Assembly (NCBI GenBank): GCA_965644295.1 | Contig: CBFFRP010000196.1 | Coordinates: forward strand, 52,774 to 116,773 | Reading direction: 5' to 3' | Source: Paraphysomonas bandaiensis | Taxonomy: Eukaryota; Protista; Chrysophyceae | Length of the DNA: 64,000 nucleotides | In this document: in pieces, positions 61,693 through 64,000 of the stretch | Numbering within the stretch: position 1 is the first letter of the stretch | How the letters are laid out: every line of letters starts with the position of its first letter | Notes under the pieces: model-generated | Told to the model about the DNA's origin: nothing | The model's input: only the letters and a program-made list of their open reading frames with translations | The model's database searches: none | Made by a program: the position numbers and the translations under genes

Positions 61693-63999
61693 CTAAACGG
61701 ACTCAAGGACTTGAGGGTAGCGTGTAGCCAAGTCCTTGTCGACGAGTACCATAGTGCTAGTGTCTAGTTCAGGGTGAACGAAACAATGCACGAGGTAGTT
61801 GTCATAACGGTAAGTGCGGAGAGTGAGAAGATCCTTGACGGATAATACTCTCCTAGAGCTTCGATGATACCAGTGTGTGAACTGGATCGGAGCTACATAG
61901 GTCAGTAAGTGGGAGTCTGGTAACTGCAGTCCGTCGTACCATACGTCGCCATAAATGCGTAGGTCAACATATGCATGGTCACCGGGTTTGAACTGAGTGA
62001 TAGACTGGCGTCGGATGTCCGAGATATATTTCTTGGCACCCTCCGCTGGATAAATCAGGTGGTAGAGGTACCGTTTGCTGGAACAAAAGTCCGCGTAAGG
62101 CACTGAGTCAAAAAGGTCCTTGCTATAAGGCACTTCTCTGACATCACCATCCTGAAATCTCACAGTAAAAATCAAAGTGGAGCGTGACTCTCTGTCACCC
62201 CGATAGTAGAGAATCTTGTCAATGACATGCTGATCCTGGTCTCGTAGAGCCATGCTGTACGCAGTTTCTCTATCACCTGGAAACAGTTTGACGTCTGTCA
62301 CTGAAACACGTACCACTTGCCCTGTAGCAAGGTGCTGACAATCAATGTCATTTTTGTACTGGGTCTTAACAACAAAAGGTCCCATGTATCGATGTGACAT
62401 CTTGGGATGAACCTTGGCGCCTTTGTCAAATAAAATGAAGTCGCCCGGTTGATATCGGTTCTGCTTGTCCGGGTGAACTCCCTCCCCAGCACGTTCACTC
62501 GCTAACTGCTGCTGGTAAGTTTTGGAAGCCGCCCGTAGGCCTTCTAACTGTTCATTAAGAGCAGTCAGTCTGGCGTGTGCACGCTCAGGCAAAGTCTGTA
62601 TATTCATAGTTAAATATTCCAGATCATTAGAGCCAAAAGTGAGCTCAAAGGGTGAGTACCCCGTCTCGGATGAGACTTCTGAATTCAGAATGTATTGAGC
62701 GCTGGGTATCCAGCTGGGATCCTCAAAAACATCCTTTCGTTCTACACGCTTGCTGTTTTCATATACTAGGGCACGCAAATGTCGGACCACCTCACCGATG
62801 ATGCGTTCACAACCATTAGCATGCCTGTTGGCTATGCTGAAGGTGTGTCGGACGCCCATATATTCAGTCAGTTGTTTGAAAAGATCGGAAGTTAGGTCAG
62901 GACCCTGATCTGAGATGATAAGATCAGTGTGTCCGTAGTAACTCCAATACTTCCATACCGTGTTTGCCAAGTTGAGGGCAGTCACTCCTTTGACTGGCTC
63001 AAGATAAACTAACTTGGTGAACAGGTTGACTACGACATTAATGTGCGTGTATCCATCAGCACCATGGGGTGTGATTTCTACCGCATCAATACCAATAGCA
63101 CTCTGAGCGCTCGGAGGCTTAAGGTTTCGGACTATAGGGATCAGCGCTTCTTTCATCGCCAATCTAGTCTTAACACAGTTTGGACACTTCGCAATGAAGT
63201 CTTCGACTACTTTGTAAGGAATTCCATGGCCGGGGAATTGCTTATTAAGTCGAATCCAAGTGGCTCGCCCACCGAGATGTCCAACTCGGGCATTATGTAC
63301 TTGTTGCAAGGCATCCTCGGGAGTGACTGAACTTTGCGCATGAGGAGATACTTCCCTGTCTTCTGGGTTCATAAAATTGCCCAAGAAGTTAAAAAATTCA
63401 TCCTCAGTGCAGTCCTCTCCAAGGAAGTAGGCATCGGCATAGTCTTCATCTAAGAATATACCGGACAACGCCGCAACTTGATGCTCCCGAGATAACCAAT
63501 CGGCTAACCAATTCTTGGCACCCGATATGTGTTTAATGCTGAAGTTGAAAGATTGCAAGAAAATTCTCCATCTTGTGATCTTAGGTACTTCAGACGACTC
63601 CATCCACAAGAGATTATTGTGGTCAGTCTCTATAGTGAACTGCTTCCCAATCAAATAGTACGCTAAGTGCTTGACACTGTAGTAAATACCATAAGCTTCT
63701 TGCTCTATCGTAGCCCATTTCTGAGCCTGAGCTGAAAACTTCTTTGACAGGAAGGCAATGGGTTGCAACTGCTCTGTTCCATCTGCGAGAATCTTTTTCT
63801 GCAGAAGCACCGAGCCGATTCCTAGCTCACTAGCGTCAGTACGCAGTGTCCACTCCAAATTGTAGTCTGGGTAGAACAATTCGCAGGAATCTTGCAGGCC
63901 TTTTATGAAGCGACGATATTCAGCCTCATAATCGTGCCGCCACGTAGTCTTGTCCCAATTGAATTTCGATTTGGTCAAATCTGTGAGATGAGCAACCAA
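61693..63999 (-). CDS. Gypsy pol: RT thumb, RNase H, integrase, chromodomain (5'-partial)
   Basis: TDASELGIG, EQEAYG, TDHNNL, HNARVGH..CPNC, IGIDAV..SDQG..ANGCER, YMGPF, HVIDKILYYRG..FTVRFQDG. Confidence 0.95.
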   Translation of the reverse strand: MVAHLTDLTKSKFNWDKTTWRHDYEAEYRRFIKGLQDSCELFYPDYNLEWTLRTDASELGIGSVLLQKKILADGTEQLQPIAFLSKKFSAQAQKWATIEQEAYGIYYSVKHLAYYLIGKQFTIETDHNNLLWMESSEVPKITRWRIFLQSFNFSIKHISGAKNWLADWLSREHQVAALSGIFLDEDYADAYFLGEDCTEDEFFNFLGNFMNPEDREVSPHAQSSVTPEDALQQVHNARVGHLGGRATWIRLNKQFPGHGIPYKVVEDFIAKCPNCVKTRLAMKEALIPIVRNLKPPSAQSAIGIDAVEITPHGADGYTHINVVVNLFTKLVYLEPVKGVTALNLANTVWKYWSYYGHTDLIISDQGPDLTSDLFKQLTEYMGVRHTFSIANRHANGCERIIGEVVRHLRALVYENSKRVERKDVFEDPSWIPSAQYILNSEVSSETGYSPFELTFGSNDLEYLTMNIQTLPERAHARLTALNEQLEGLRAASKTYQQQLASERAGEGVHPDKQNRYQPGDFILFDKGAKVHPKMSHRYMGPFVVKTQYKNDIDCQHLATGQVVRVSVTDVKLFPGDRETAYSMALRDQDQHVIDKILYYRGDRESRSTLIFTVRFQDGDVREVPYSKDLFDSVPYADFCSSKRYLYHLIYPAEGAKKYISDIRRQSITQFKPGDHAYVDLRIYGDVWYDGLQLPDSHLLTYVAPIQFTHWYHRSSRRVLSVKDLLTLRTYRYDNYLVHCFVHPELDTSTMVLVDKDLATRYPQVLESV

Positions 64000-64000
64000 G

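Larger units (their letters stand above)
60450..64000 (-). mobile_element. Ty3/Gypsy element with chromodomain (3' part; continues beyond the window)
   Basis: PPT AAAAGGGAGGCGGGG followed by TGTGACC starting at 61512; the far end of the LTR is uncertain. Confidence 0.85.

Overview
Eukaryotic nuclear DNA: AT-rich, with short GT-AG introns and the standard code. The 18S fragment looks stramenopile, most like a chrysophyte (judged by eye). About 11 host genes are present: an F-box/ankyrin-like repeat protein, centrin, alpha-tubulin acetyltransferase, a HET-like protein, an ELAV-like RRM protein, Got1, a TPR-like/methyltransferase protein, a PH coiled-coil protein, a P3A H+-ATPase, a CS-domain protein and a DysF-syntaxin. 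They are interspersed with Copia, Gypsy and hAT remnants, solo LTRs and simple repeats. Highlights: (1) two different Crypton-like tyrosine-recombinase elements. One is a head-to-tail dimer whose junction forms an attP-like inverted-repeat site and whose truncated copy is fused to a 3'-truncated 18S rDNA. The other has an intron, a KxxR catalytic variant and GGTGCGGG palindromic end motifs, and sits beside a tRNA gene. (2) Four tRNA-Ala genes (AGC x2, UGC, CGC), each preceded at exactly -23..-7 by the same T-arm-like hairpin. (3) A syntaxin with an N-terminal DysF domain and a CaaX box instead of a transmembrane anchor. (4) An antisense SET-like ORF in the probable 3' LTR of a chromodomain Gypsy element. 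All calls come from manual motif reading; no searches were run and some boundaries are approximate.
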